The notes: generated by a model not told the origin, from the sequence alone. Shown: positions 16,346 to 25,757, numbered from the stretch's first letter. The stretch: DNA of 64,000 nucleotides from an uncultured Collinsella sp. (GCA_900754275.1 CAAECF010000109.1:674-64673); one strand, 5' to 3'. Made by a program: numbers and translations.

Positions 16346-18346
16346 TTAGTCAATCGGATCGAGCGCATCGATCTGCGCAAGCCACAGACGTGAGCTGGCG
16401 TCACTCGGCATACGCCAATCGCCGCGCGGACTGAGCGTCACCGAGCCCACCTTGGGACCATCGGGCAGGCAGCTGCGCTTAAACTGCTGGGCAAAGAAGC
16501 GACGATAGAACGTACGCAACCACGTGTGGACGGTCTTGACGTCGTAGACGCCCTCGAAGCTCTTGAGCGCCATGCGGTAGATCTTGCCCGGCTCAAAGCC
16601 AAAACGCAGCAGGTAGTAGAGGAAGTAGTCGTGCAACTCGTACGGGCCCACCAAATCCTCGGTCTTCTGCGCAATCTCGCCGTCGCCCGTGGGCGGCAGA
16701 AGCTCGGGGGACACCGGCGTATCGAGGATATCGAGCAAGACCTCGGCAATGCGCCCGCCAAAGACATCGGCGGCATAGCGTACCAGATGGCGCACAAGCG
16801 TCTTGGGCACGCTCGCGTTGACGGCGTACATGCTCATGTGGTCGCCGTTATAGGTAGCCCAGCCGAGCGCCAGCTCCGACAGGTCGCCCGTGCCAATGAC
16901 AAAACCGCCAGCCTGGTTGGCCAGATCCATCAGAATCTGCGTACGCTCGCGCGCCTGGCTGTTCTCGTAGGTCACGTCCTGCACAGCTGGATCATGCTCA
17001 ATGTCCTTGAAGTGCTGCTCCACAGCCGCGTGGATCGAAACCTCGCGGAAGCTCACACCCAGGTCGCGGGCGAGCGACTCGGCATTCGACTTGGTGCGAT
17101 GCGTCGTGCCGAAGCCGGGCATGGACACGGCTGTGATACCAGTGCGCGGCAGCCCCAGTGCATCGAAGGCACGCACGGTCACAAGCAGCGCTAGCGTGGA
17201 GTCCAAGCCGCCCGAAAGGCCGATAACCGCAGCCTTGGTACCCGTGTGGGCAAGGCGGGTCTTGAGGCCCGCAGTCTGCAGATCGAGGATCGTCTCGCAG
17301 CGCTCGGCCAAGTCGCCGTGGTCGGCCGGCACAAAGGGCGCGCGCGGGAAAACGCGGTCGATATCGCAGGCATCGCGCAGGACGGGCTCTTTGGCCAGCA
17401 CGCCCTCAAATGAAAACTCAACAGTCGTGGCCTCAGGCGCATCGTCCGCGCGCGTCCACGTCGTCGAGCGACGGCGCTCGGCAACCAGACGGTCGAGGTC
17501 AACATCGGCGATGGCCATATCGCAGGTAAGCAGTTTGGTCGCGGCGAGCTTGGAGCCGTTTTCGTAGACGAGGTTCTCGCCCGCAAAGACCATGTCGGTC
17601 GTGGACTCGCCCTCGCTCGCATCTGCATAGGCATAGGCACAGTACAGGCGCGCGCTCTGGTTGGATATGAGGCTGCGTCGGTAATCTGCCTTGCCGATAA
17701 TCTCGTCCGAGGCCGACGGGTTGAGGATCACCGTCGCACCGGCAAGCGCCATCTCGGTCGAAGGGGGCGCCGGCACCCACAGGTCCTCGCAGACCTCAAC
17801 GCCCAGCACCATATCCTCGGCACCCTCGTCACAGCAGCGGTAGACAAGCTCCGAACCCAGCGGAACCGGACCCTGACCGGCAAACTCGACCCACACGGGA
17901 TCTGCGGGCGCCGGAGCAAACCAGCGGCGCTCGTAGAACTCGCCATAGTTGGGCAGATACTTCTTGGCCGTGAGGCCCAAAAGCTCGCCCGCGCAGCACA
18001 CGGCGGCGCAGTTGTAGATATTCTCGGCAACTGCAACGGGAAGACCGATAGTAAAGACAATCGGCAGCTCACGAGTCTCATCGAGGATATGCACCAAAGC
18101 AGCCTCGCAGGCATGCAGTAATGTGCGGTTATGGAACAGATCGGCCGCGGTATAGCCGCACAAGTTGAGCTCGGGCAGTACCAGCGCGCGAACGCCGCGC
18201 TCAACAGCCGCGCGAACAGCCGCTAACGCAACCTCGGCATTGCCCTCGACATCGGCCACGCGAATCTGCGGCGACGCCGCCGCCACACGCAAAAAGCCAT
18301 CGTTCTTATTAGCCGAAACGCAGCATTGCCTTGTTGATCTGGACAC
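16346..18346 (-). CDS. nadE: glutamine-dependent NAD+ synthetase (N-terminal nitrilase/CN-hydrolase domain plus C-terminal NAD synthase domain)
   Basis: CN-hydrolase domain first, then the PP-loop SGGLDSTLALLV and the NadE C-terminal domain; 666 aa. Confidence 0.9.
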   Translation of the reverse strand: MSRSTRQCCVSANKNDGFLRVAAASPQIRVADVEGNAEVALAAVRAAVERGVRALVLPELNLCGYTAADLFHNRTLLHACEAALVHILDETRELPIVFTIGLPVAVAENIYNCAAVCCAGELLGLTAKKYLPNYGEFYERRWFAPAPADPVWVEFAGQGPVPLGSELVYRCCDEGAEDMVLGVEVCEDLWVPAPPSTEMALAGATVILNPSASDEIIGKADYRRSLISNQSARLYCAYAYADASEGESTTDMVFAGENLVYENGSKLAATKLLTCDMAIADVDLDRLVAERRRSTTWTRADDAPEATTVEFSFEGVLAKEPVLRDACDIDRVFPRAPFVPADHGDLAERCETILDLQTAGLKTRLAHTGTKAAVIGLSGGLDSTLALLVTVRAFDALGLPRTGITAVSMPGFGTTHRTKSNAESLARDLGVSFREVSIHAAVEQHFKDIEHDPAVQDVTYENSQARERTQILMDLANQAGGFVIGTGDLSELALGWATYNGDHMSMYAVNASVPKTLVRHLVRYAADVFGGRIAEVLLDILDTPVSPELLPPTGDGEIAQKTEDLVGPYELHDYFLYYLLRFGFEPGKIYRMALKSFEGVYDVKTVHTWLRTFYRRFFAQQFKRSCLPDGPKVGSVTLSPRGDWRMPSDASSRLWLAQIDALDPID

Positions 18347-18458
18347 TGGAGGCCCCTTCTACCCTGAGATTCAGTCTAACGGACGTTCACATATCTCTAA
18401 CTAGCCAAAGCAACCTCCCAGTTTACTGAGAGGCCAACCTGTGCTAAAAGCATGTATT

Positions 18459-18510
18459 TCAAAAATATCTTTAATTAAAAAAGGAGAAATCGATAATCGA
18501 CTTCTCCTTT
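18459..18510 (-). terminator. rho-independent terminator closing the minus-strand radical-SAM/peptide operon
   Basis: On the minus strand, AAGGAGAAGTCGAT-tatcg-ATTTCTCCTT hairpin followed by TTTTTTAATTAAAG. Confidence 0.7.
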
Positions 18511-18534
18511 AAGCGAGGCGAGTAAATTCCGAAA

Positions 18535-18645
18535 CTAATGGCAGAATTTATCCATGTAGTCCTCAAAGTCGAACACTTCCACCACGACGCCCTCTTCCTG
18601 AAACTCTTTCAGTTGCTCCAAGAGATCTTTGTTAATAACGTCCAT
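18535..18645 (-). CDS. 36-aa acidic small ORF, candidate RiPP precursor peptide: MDVINKDLLEQLKEFQEEGVVVEVFDFEDYMDKFCH
   Basis: Not in the ORF track (under 60 aa). A perfect AGGAGG RBS lies 7 nt upstream of the ATG. It starts 14 nt after the stop of the radical SAM gene, is on the same strand and is followed by the terminator. AT-rich like the rest of the islet. Confidence 0.5.
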   Translation of the reverse strand: MDVINKDLLEQLKEFQEEGVVVEVFDFEDYMDKFCH

Positions 18646-18658
18646 GCAGAAACCTCCT

Positions 18659-20980
18659 CTATCTAATCAATTGTAGTATATCTGCTTTCATGCAATTATC
18701 AACCAACTTGTTTAATTGCTCCTCGTTTGCCGATAGTCCCTCTTTTTTCAAAATGTCGCGCACCTCGTTCTTAGTAATCGGCTTTTCAAACAACGAAAGC
18801 AAAGCGAACGAAAAATCATTAACCGCACACATTCTATGGGTGGCACAACTCAGCAGTACTCTTAACCCCTCTTTTGAGCGTCCGACTTCTTTCACAAACG
18901 AACTTTTAACCAATTGAAAACCATTATCGTGCATTACATAATCGGCATCGATATTTGTATTCAGCAATCCATAATGCAACAGTTCTTCTATCGCCCTTGT
19001 CAGCTCGAGGTCGCCCTGATCAAGGATAAGAGAAATGCTACAATCGGCCTCCAATAAACGGGCCAACTTAAGGTATACCAACTGGGAAACAGCATAGACA
19101 TGATGGTATTCAGAATTATAGAAGTAGGCAAATGGCTCAACGAGCACGACAGAGGTCTTGGAATCCAGCCAGATTCGATCAGCTGGATTTAGACTAGTTA
19201 GCCGTCGCTTTACTTTGGTCAAATGTCCCTTATACCTGACAGCGTGAATAGAATCTAGGATCCAGGTCACCTCTGAAATATGAAGCCGCTGGGGCAAGTC
19301 AATTGTGTCGCTACCGTTTATGACCTCTTGCATATAAAAATCAATATGATGCTCATCAGATAAGGATTTTGCTTCATTTAAAGTTAAACCAGTGCCTGAA
19401 ACATAATCCACTTCGAGGCGCAAATCCTCATATTGGGACTTCGGCATTACAGAGACACCATACTTATCGGGATGATTCCAAACATCCGACCCCATAACGA
19501 GACCAAAATTCGTAAATCCTCTCGTGGAATATGGAACACCACATACCTGTTTTGAATAATTCAAAACATTCTCTGTATAAGCTAAGGTGTTCAGAGCCTC
19601 TTCTTTAGTTTCGGTCGGAAAGCCAATCATAAAGAATAGATGAACAGGAATACCCGCATTGAGACAATCATGGATATTGCGATCAATCCAATCAACTCTC
19701 GTGTTCTTCTTCATTAGATCAAGAACTCTTTGGTTGTATGACTCGAGGCCAAACTGAATCTGCCTACATCCACTTTGGTATATCTTGTTGAAAACGTCTG
19801 TACTTAGGGTTGGAGAGAACCTCGTTTCTCCATGCCAGAAAAACGTTTTTCCCGATGCGTTTATTTCATCCGCGAGTTGCTCCATTCTTTTGCCTTCGAA
19901 TGTTTCATCCACAAAAGAGAAAACTCTCGTGCCGTATTTTTCATTTAACCGACACATTATTTCAAATACTCTCGATATAGGCATCTTTCGGTAACAACCA
20001 CCGGTAGCACCGGGAATGGTGCAGAAGGCGCAATGATTAAAACACTGCCTAGAGGAATAAACCGGCAATATTAACTCAGGCATGAAGTATTTAGAAAGGG
20101 CGAAGCCATCGAAATCGGGAACTGTATCGTTGATAAATGTTTGCTCAATCCGATGGTTTTTATATATCTTTCCACCTTTAGCATGGCAAAGGTTTGGAAC
20201 ACAGTCGAGATTGTCATCACCAGAGTCAAGAGCCTCAAGAAGACGTGCAAGCGGCTCTTCGCCGTCATACATCATTATCGAATCAATGTATTCAAAAAAG
20301 GGATGCCATTCTTTCATGCAGTCATCTGCTAAACGAGTAATGTAATTGCCGCCCAATGAGACGTGTTTAACAGATGGACATTCTTCTTTAATCAGTTTCG
20401 CTAACGTAACTGCAGAAATCAATTGGAAACAGCCGCTCACCGAAATCCCAATAAACTCGATTTTTTCCCTCTGAATACGCTTAAGAAAGGCAGTTTCATA
20501 GAAGGAAATAAACGGATTATGCAAGGTATCCGCAAGCGATTTCATTATTTCTGGTGTCGAATAATAATCATAGGGCAGATCTATGGAGTTGAACGTGTAT
20601 TTAACTCCATATGAGACGTGATTTATGATATAGAGTGCATTTCTAAAAATGTTTTCAGCATATTGTCTTTCTTTTAGATTAAAGTATCTCTTCGATCTGA
20701 AAATATCTTTTGCCTCGTCAACATTAAGTGCTGACTTTTGTATCAACTCGATTGTTAATTGAACATTCGAACTAAACGAATCCTTTGATTCCCGATACCT
20801 TTTACAGCACTCTTCGACATGTCTAAAAGATAGGAGGTCATCGTAAAATTCCACGTTTAAGTCAACAATGTCAACTTTGTATTGTTCAACCTCTTGAAGA
20901 TATGACTTCAAAACAGGCAAGGCAAGATACGGCCCCACTGGACTCCATCCTGGGGGAAATACTAAAAGCGTTTTAGGCAT
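18659..20980 (-). CDS. B12-binding-domain radical SAM enzyme (class B-like) with about 200-aa C-terminal extension
   Basis: CFNHCAFC (CxxxCxxC) at residues 313-320. The preceding 300 aa have a cobalamin-binding Rossmann-like pattern (LLVFPP, VDIVDLN, IGISVSG, LGGNYIT). 773 aa, low GC. Confidence 0.8.
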   Translation of the reverse strand: MPKTLLVFPPGWSPVGPYLALPVLKSYLQEVEQYKVDIVDLNVEFYDDLLSFRHVEECCKRYRESKDSFSSNVQLTIELIQKSALNVDEAKDIFRSKRYFNLKERQYAENIFRNALYIINHVSYGVKYTFNSIDLPYDYYSTPEIMKSLADTLHNPFISFYETAFLKRIQREKIEFIGISVSGCFQLISAVTLAKLIKEECPSVKHVSLGGNYITRLADDCMKEWHPFFEYIDSIMMYDGEEPLARLLEALDSGDDNLDCVPNLCHAKGGKIYKNHRIEQTFINDTVPDFDGFALSKYFMPELILPVYSSRQCFNHCAFCTIPGATGGCYRKMPISRVFEIMCRLNEKYGTRVFSFVDETFEGKRMEQLADEINASGKTFFWHGETRFSPTLSTDVFNKIYQSGCRQIQFGLESYNQRVLDLMKKNTRVDWIDRNIHDCLNAGIPVHLFFMIGFPTETKEEALNTLAYTENVLNYSKQVCGVPYSTRGFTNFGLVMGSDVWNHPDKYGVSVMPKSQYEDLRLEVDYVSGTGLTLNEAKSLSDEHHIDFYMQEVINGSDTIDLPQRLHISEVTWILDSIHAVRYKGHLTKVKRRLTSLNPADRIWLDSKTSVVLVEPFAYFYNSEYHHVYAVSQLVYLKLARLLEADCSISLILDQGDLELTRAIEELLHYGLLNTNIDADYVMHDNGFQLVKSSFVKEVGRSKEGLRVLLSCATHRMCAVNDFSFALLSLFEKPITKNEVRDILKKEGLSANEEQLNKLVDNCMKADILQLIR

Positions 20981-20987
20981 ATCAACG

Positions 20988-22175
20988 TCACATCTTTCGC
21001 AAATAATTCAATTGAAACACAACTACCATCATAATTGAAAATACACCAAGTCCTGTAACGAGAATTGAGAACATCGCGATGCTCGTGAACAGCGAAACAA
21101 GGAGTGTTGAAATAACAACAGCAACCGATTGCAAAGACTCCCTAATTGAAAACAGGCTTATCGATTCAGATTCGTCTCTCGCCAAATCCTGCAGCGATGT
21201 TATGAGAAGCACATCTTGAATGGCGTTTCCGGCACCGACGATAAAAAGGAAAATAAACGATATCCCAGACGCATAGCGATAGCCAAACGCCAGATACGCA
21301 CCGAGCGCAAGATACGTCACAAAACAATATGATTTAACGCAATCGGAACCACTAATTAAACGACCATATATTGTATTTCCGAACAACAGTCCGATTGTAA
21401 GACTACTCTGAAGGAATCCGTATTGTATCGATGACGAGTCAAATTGCAATTGCGCAATAGCTGGCAAAAGAGAATTCAGAGAGCCGAATGCCACACCACT
21501 AGAAATATCGATTAATAGGAAACCAATTGCCAAGTGCTTCGCGCTAAGATCACTAAATGCAGTCCTGTTTTTTTCATTTTTGCTTATCCCCTCTTTATCA
21601 TTAACCTCGATAACCGACGGAACATCTCGCAGCAACCAGAACGACGCGGCAAAAGAAAGCGCGTCTAATGCAAGAACAGCCTCCGCCCCAAATTGAGCGA
21701 CAACAAAACCGCCGGCAACTGGCCCCAGAACCATCATCAAATTCTGCAGAAACCCAAACGAATTATTAATTACGTCGCGATTGATACTATTCGTATTGGC
21801 TCTTAACAACGAGTAAAAGCAGGGCATTTCAACCGTTCGGCAAAGCGATACCGCGCACGTAATAGCAAACATACTCCATTTACTATCAACAAAAATATAG
21901 CAAACGAATAATCCCGCGCGAATTAAGTCTGCCAATCTCATGGCCTGCAGTGTCCCGATACCCATCTTCTGAGGCAGCTGCGCGAGCGCAACTGAAAACA
22001 GAGAGGGGGCAAATCTGCAGCAGACCATCAAAGCAGTTGCAGAAACATCGTGAGTTACCTCGTAAATCAGCATTGGCAAAGCAATATTCGCACACCAATT
22101 GCCTATTTCGCTTATCCCTCTAGCAATATATAGGACCCGAACCGGACGGCTAGCTCTCAATACCGTGAACATCAC
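20988..22175 (-). CDS. MFS transporter (12 predicted TM helices), putative exporter
   Basis: 395-aa hydrophobic ORF with MFS-like helix pairs. 8-nt gap to the radical SAM gene. Confidence 0.7.
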   Translation of the reverse strand: MMFTVLRASRPVRVLYIARGISEIGNWCANIALPMLIYEVTHDVSATALMVCCRFAPSLFSVALAQLPQKMGIGTLQAMRLADLIRAGLFVCYIFVDSKWSMFAITCAVSLCRTVEMPCFYSLLRANTNSINRDVINNSFGFLQNLMMVLGPVAGGFVVAQFGAEAVLALDALSFAASFWLLRDVPSVIEVNDKEGISKNEKNRTAFSDLSAKHLAIGFLLIDISSGVAFGSLNSLLPAIAQLQFDSSSIQYGFLQSSLTIGLLFGNTIYGRLISGSDCVKSYCFVTYLALGAYLAFGYRYASGISFIFLFIVGAGNAIQDVLLITSLQDLARDESESISLFSIRESLQSVAVVISTLLVSLFTSIAMFSILVTGLGVFSIMMVVVFQLNYLRKM

Positions 22176-22431
22176 GATTAACCTCGTATTTCAGGCCTCG
22201 CTCATCCCTTAATAGGAATCCATAATCAACCAAGTACCGCCTCAACACGGCATAATCAGGATAGAGCTGTGACAGCACACGATTAACCTGAAGCTCCGTA
22301 TAACTTGTATTTAATTCAAAGAAAGAGACGGCCCATAGCAGCATGATTCTTTTATAGCTTTCCTTTTTTGGAATTGAAACCAGCTCGCCATTCTTGAGAA
22401 ATCGTTTTTTAAAGTCTATTAGCTCATCCAT
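22150..22431 (-). CDS. DUF2087-domain protein (putative small transcriptional regulator)
   Basis: YTELQVNRVLSQLYPDYAVLRRYLVDYGFLLRDERGLKYEV matches the DUF2087 signature. Overlaps the MFS start by 26 nt. Confidence 0.5.
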   Translation of the reverse strand: MDELIDFKKRFLKNGELVSIPKKESYKRIMLLWAVSFFELNTSYTELQVNRVLSQLYPDYAVLRRYLVDYGFLLRDERGLKYEVNRDVHGIES

Positions 22432-22510
22432 TCACATCCTCCATTTCATACGCATCTAATACTAAAAATGCATACGCTTTAGGTCATCGCATTCGGCTTC
22501 TATATTCGAA

Positions 22511-22750
22511 CTAAACTCGAACTAATCTAAATGATTTGCTCAAACACTCTTCGAAAGCTCGTTTTTCACTCTGAGTAAAACGCCCTTCCCAGTCAGTCCA
22601 CGAACAGGAAGGCAACTCACAGCGAGCGGAGTCGAAGCCCTCTGCCGTCGGTCGTTCAAAATGCACGACAACCTTTTCGATATCCCCATCTGTAATCAGG
22701 TCAGAATGAACGACCTCGGTACCGTCTTCGAATGTCATATACGGGTACAT
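22511..22750 (-). CDS. hypothetical 79-aa protein
   Basis: ATG at 22750 with a GAGGTGG RBS. The upstream part of the track ORF (to 23005) is GC-rich antisense of the neighbouring plus-strand gene. Confidence 0.35.
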   Translation of the reverse strand: MYPYMTFEDGTEVVHSDLITDGDIEKVVVHFERPTAEGFDSARCELPSCSWTDWEGRFTQSEKRAFEECLSKSFRLVRV

Positions 22751-22924
22751 CACGTAAACCACCTCGCAATCGTAAATCCAGTTTAGCATCAAGCTATTGC
22801 ACCAAAGACAGCAAGCCCCCTTGATGAGTTGATGGTATCTGTTAAATGTCACGTACGATTCGCATCTGGTGGGTACCCTGATGGCTACACGAAACGAAGC
22901 AGATTTACACCGGGAGGACCCCGT

Positions 22925-23875
22925 ATGACAACCAAGTACACCGACGCGCCGCGCACGCGCGTCATGACGCCAGCATCGCTCAACAACGGCGTGCACGAGA
23001 ACCATTCCATCGGACAGACCATGGCCATCGCGCCCAAAAAGGGCCTGTTTGACGACATTTCCATTCCCCAGATCATCGCCGGCGCCGCAGCTGCCGCCAC
23101 GAGCGTCGCACTTGCCTCCAAGATTGGTATCGCTGGTTCAGTAATTGGCGCCGCCGTGAGCTCGGTCATCACCGTTGTGTCATCGCAGGTCTACCGCCAC
23201 TTTATCTCTGCCAGCGCCGAAGCCATCAAAGGTACGCACGCCGCCGTCGACTACCCCGCCGGCGCCTACGAGCCCGTTGAGTTTAATGCCGAGGAGCACC
23301 TGGGCGGCGCCGCGACTACGCAGGAGATGCGCCAGATTGCGGGGCGCGCGACCACGGCGCGCGTTGCTCCCGACAGCCTGCGCGCCAAGGCGGCGGCAGA
23401 GCGCAGTCAGACGCAAAAGAAGGTCATCGTCTTCTCGATCGCCATCGCCATCGTCGCGGTCATCGCCTGCGCCGGCGCCATCCTTATCACCACCGCCGGT
23501 GAGGGTCTGGGCGAGCGCCCCGAGCCAATCCTTTCGTCGCGCACGACGGAAAGCGATGCAAATGGCAACACCCAGTCGCAAGACCAGCAGGCACAGACGG
23601 ACGGCACGCAAGACAGTTCCACCTCTACCGATTCGTCCTCGAATACCCAAAACCAATCGCAGGGCGCCGATTCTTCTGTGAACAACAGCGGCGCGCAATC
23701 CGGCACGACCGACTCAAGCCAAACGACTGACGGTTCGCAGCCGAACACGGGAGGCCAGACGAGCGACACCACGTCGGGAACGGGCACAGCAGACAGCAAC
23801 AACAGCAATTCGAGTGGCACCACATCGGGCACGGCATCTGACAGTTCAAGCCAAGGCACGACATCGGACAACTAG
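22925..23875 (+). CDS. membrane protein with two TM segments and long S/T/Q/D/G-rich low-complexity C-terminal tail
   Basis: GGGAGG RBS before the ATG at 22925. Hydrophobic stretches (IIAGAAAAATSVALASKIGIAGSVIGAAV; IVFSIAIAIVAVIACAGAILI) followed by about 130 aa of S/T/Q/D repeats. Confidence 0.5.
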   Translation: MTTKYTDAPRTRVMTPASLNNGVHENHSIGQTMAIAPKKGLFDDISIPQIIAGAAAAATSVALASKIGIAGSVIGAAVSSVITVVSSQVYRHFISASAEAIKGTHAAVDYPAGAYEPVEFNAEEHLGGAATTQEMRQIAGRATTARVAPDSLRAKAAAERSQTQKKVIVFSIAIAIVAVIACAGAILITTAGEGLGERPEPILSSRTTESDANGNTQSQDQQAQTDGTQDSSTSTDSSSNTQNQSQGADSSVNNSGAQSGTTDSSQTTDGSQPNTGGQTSDTTSGTGTADSNNSNSSGTTSGTASDSSSQGTTSDN

Positions 23876-24010
23876 GCGCTGCATCCCCAGATAGGCAACC
23901 TGTACAACGGACGCGAATCGATAGCGGTTCGCGCCCGTTTGCCTTGGGCGACGAGATGGCAAGCCCCGCGCGATGGTAAGATGCTTTGGTGTGTAAAGAG
24001 GAGATTTGCC

Positions 24011-25309
24011 ATGAGCAAGACAATAGTTACGCCCACGCTTTCGCTGGGCAACCACATCTATCTGTATCGCCTGCTGCGCGATGCGATTGGATGCGGCAAG
24101 CAAACGTTTATGACGCAGGTCGAGGAGGCACTCGCCGCTGGTGACATGGCCGCTTATGACCTGGGCTTCGAGTCCACGCGCGAGCTGCTCGAGGAGCTCG
24201 ACGACTGCATTAAGCTGACCGTCTTTAAGGGCGGTCGCCTGTATGCCACGGTCATCGCCAACGAGGCCTGGGATGCCGCCCTTGCCAAGGGCGAGGACAA
24301 GCCCAAGGCTGCCAAGGGAGCCAAGCAGTCCTACAAAAAGAAAAAACGCGGCGAGAAGGACCTCAAGGCCGTGCGCCCCAAGCACGTTAAGCGTCCCGAG
24401 CCTGAAGCCATGGTTGAAGCCGTGCCAGAATCCGAGCCCGAGCCCGAGATCGAAGTCGCTATTGAGGTAACGGCAGAAGCCGAAACCGAAATCACCGCTA
24501 CGACCGATCCCGAAGTCATATCCGAGCAGGAAGCCACTGCGGAGCTCAACGAGGCTCCCAAGTCGACAGCAGAAGAAGCCGCTAGCCAACCTGAGGCGTC
24601 TGCGCTCCAAAACAGCGATGTCTTTGGCGACGAGGCCGAGGACGATCAGCCCGCCGATCAAGACGCTACCGAGTCGGCGCCGAAGCCCGAGACGCCGCAG
24701 CCCGCCATCTCGCTCACGGTCGTCTATGACCCCGAGAACGCCAACGCCGGCATCACCACTATGGCATCCACGCCCATCGAAGCAAAGTCGAGCGTCGAGA
24801 ATGAGAGCGCGATGCAGGTTGAGTTTGAAACTGCAGCTGTAGACGCGCCCGTCACCGTGAAGCCCGCAGATTCCGCAGTTAAGCCGGAACCGGTGCCTGA
24901 GCCCGCACCCGTCATCGAATCCGTGCCCACCTCTACTTGCGACCAAGTTCCCGCACCGGCACCGGCTTCGGTACCCGCAGCGGCCCCAACCCCCGCACCC
25001 GCAGCGCCCGCCATCCCTGAGGACTTCCCCGTCGATTTCGCAACCGAGGTCTTCTGCCCCGGCCCGCTTCTGCACCAGTTGTCGACCTATCTCCCCTACG
25101 GCGCCGACACGCTCGGCATTGTCGGCGAGTACTACTGGATCGCCCGCGAGCGCGGTACCATCGAGGCCGCGCGAAACCGCGCAAACTTCCCCCTGTGCTA
25201 CACGCAGGCCGGCGAGCGCCGCGAGGTTACCGTGCGCATCCGCCGCAACACCACCGGCGGTCTCGGAGCCGCCTGGGCCATCGACAAGGTCGAAGCCCCG
25301 GTCGAGTAA
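24011..25309 (+). CDS. hypothetical protein with basic patch and E/P/A-rich acidic low-complexity centre
   Basis: AAGAGGAGA RBS before the MSKTIV start. The 540-aa antisense ORF is G/R/L-rich and rejected. Confidence 0.5.
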   Translation: MSKTIVTPTLSLGNHIYLYRLLRDAIGCGKQTFMTQVEEALAAGDMAAYDLGFESTRELLEELDDCIKLTVFKGGRLYATVIANEAWDAALAKGEDKPKAAKGAKQSYKKKKRGEKDLKAVRPKHVKRPEPEAMVEAVPESEPEPEIEVAIEVTAEAETEITATTDPEVISEQEATAELNEAPKSTAEEAASQPEASALQNSDVFGDEAEDDQPADQDATESAPKPETPQPAISLTVVYDPENANAGITTMASTPIEAKSSVENESAMQVEFETAAVDAPVTVKPADSAVKPEPVPEPAPVIESVPTSTCDQVPAPAPASVPAAAPTPAPAAPAIPEDFPVDFATEVFCPGPLLHQLSTYLPYGADTLGIVGEYYWIARERGTIEAARNRANFPLCYTQAGERREVTVRIRRNTTGGLGAAWAIDKVEAPVE

Positions 25310-25352
25310 AAAACGGCCTCGGATAGCCAATTTGACCATCCGAGGCCGTTTG
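25308..25352. terminator. bidirectional rho-independent terminator
   Basis: AAAAA-CGGCCTCGGAT-agccaatttgacc-ATCCGAGGCCG-TTT. Confidence 0.75.
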
Positions 25353-25364
25353 AATTCAGGCCTT

Positions 25365-25757
25365 TTAGTTGTCATCGGTGCATATAGACACCAGAGAAGC
25401 AAGCTCATCCTCAAGTTGCGGAGCAAAGTATCTAAAAGAAACCTGCGCTCCAGTCGGTATCGACTCAATCATATTCGCAGCATTATCTGAAACTCGGTAC
25501 GATGCAGTTTCACCTGTCTTCAAATCCTCTATTGAGCAGACAGCGTCTTCAGCATCAATCGACCTAAGCACGCCTTTTCCTTGTAACATCACATCGGCAT
25601 GCCCGCCAGCTATTTCTAATGAACCTGAGTCTGTCGCAGTCACTTCTCCGGAACCTCCGCGCGATATCTCTTCCTTTGTTGAACAGCCCACCAATGAAGC
25701 CATCAGCACCAAAGACAGAGCTAGTCGAATCGCCCTACTTCGAAAAAGTCGTTCCAT
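25365..25757 (-). CDS. lipoprotein (LVGCS lipobox)
   Basis: Signal peptide with LALSLVLMASLVGC, then a 110-aa soluble domain; lower GC than neighbours. Start within 25757-25784 is uncertain. Confidence 0.5.
   Translation of the reverse strand: MERLFRSRAIRLALSLVLMASLVGCSTKEEISRGGSGEVTATDSGSLEIAGGHADVMLQGKGVLRSIDAEDAVCSIEDLKTGETASYRVSDNAANMIESIPTGAQVSFRYFAPQLEDELASLVSICTDDN

Noticed and set aside
23846-25468. 540-aa minus ORF opposite the 24011-25309 gene
   Set aside because: G/R/L-rich with no RBS. The plus-strand ORF has a strong RBS and terminator. Residual uncertainty is noted in the findings.
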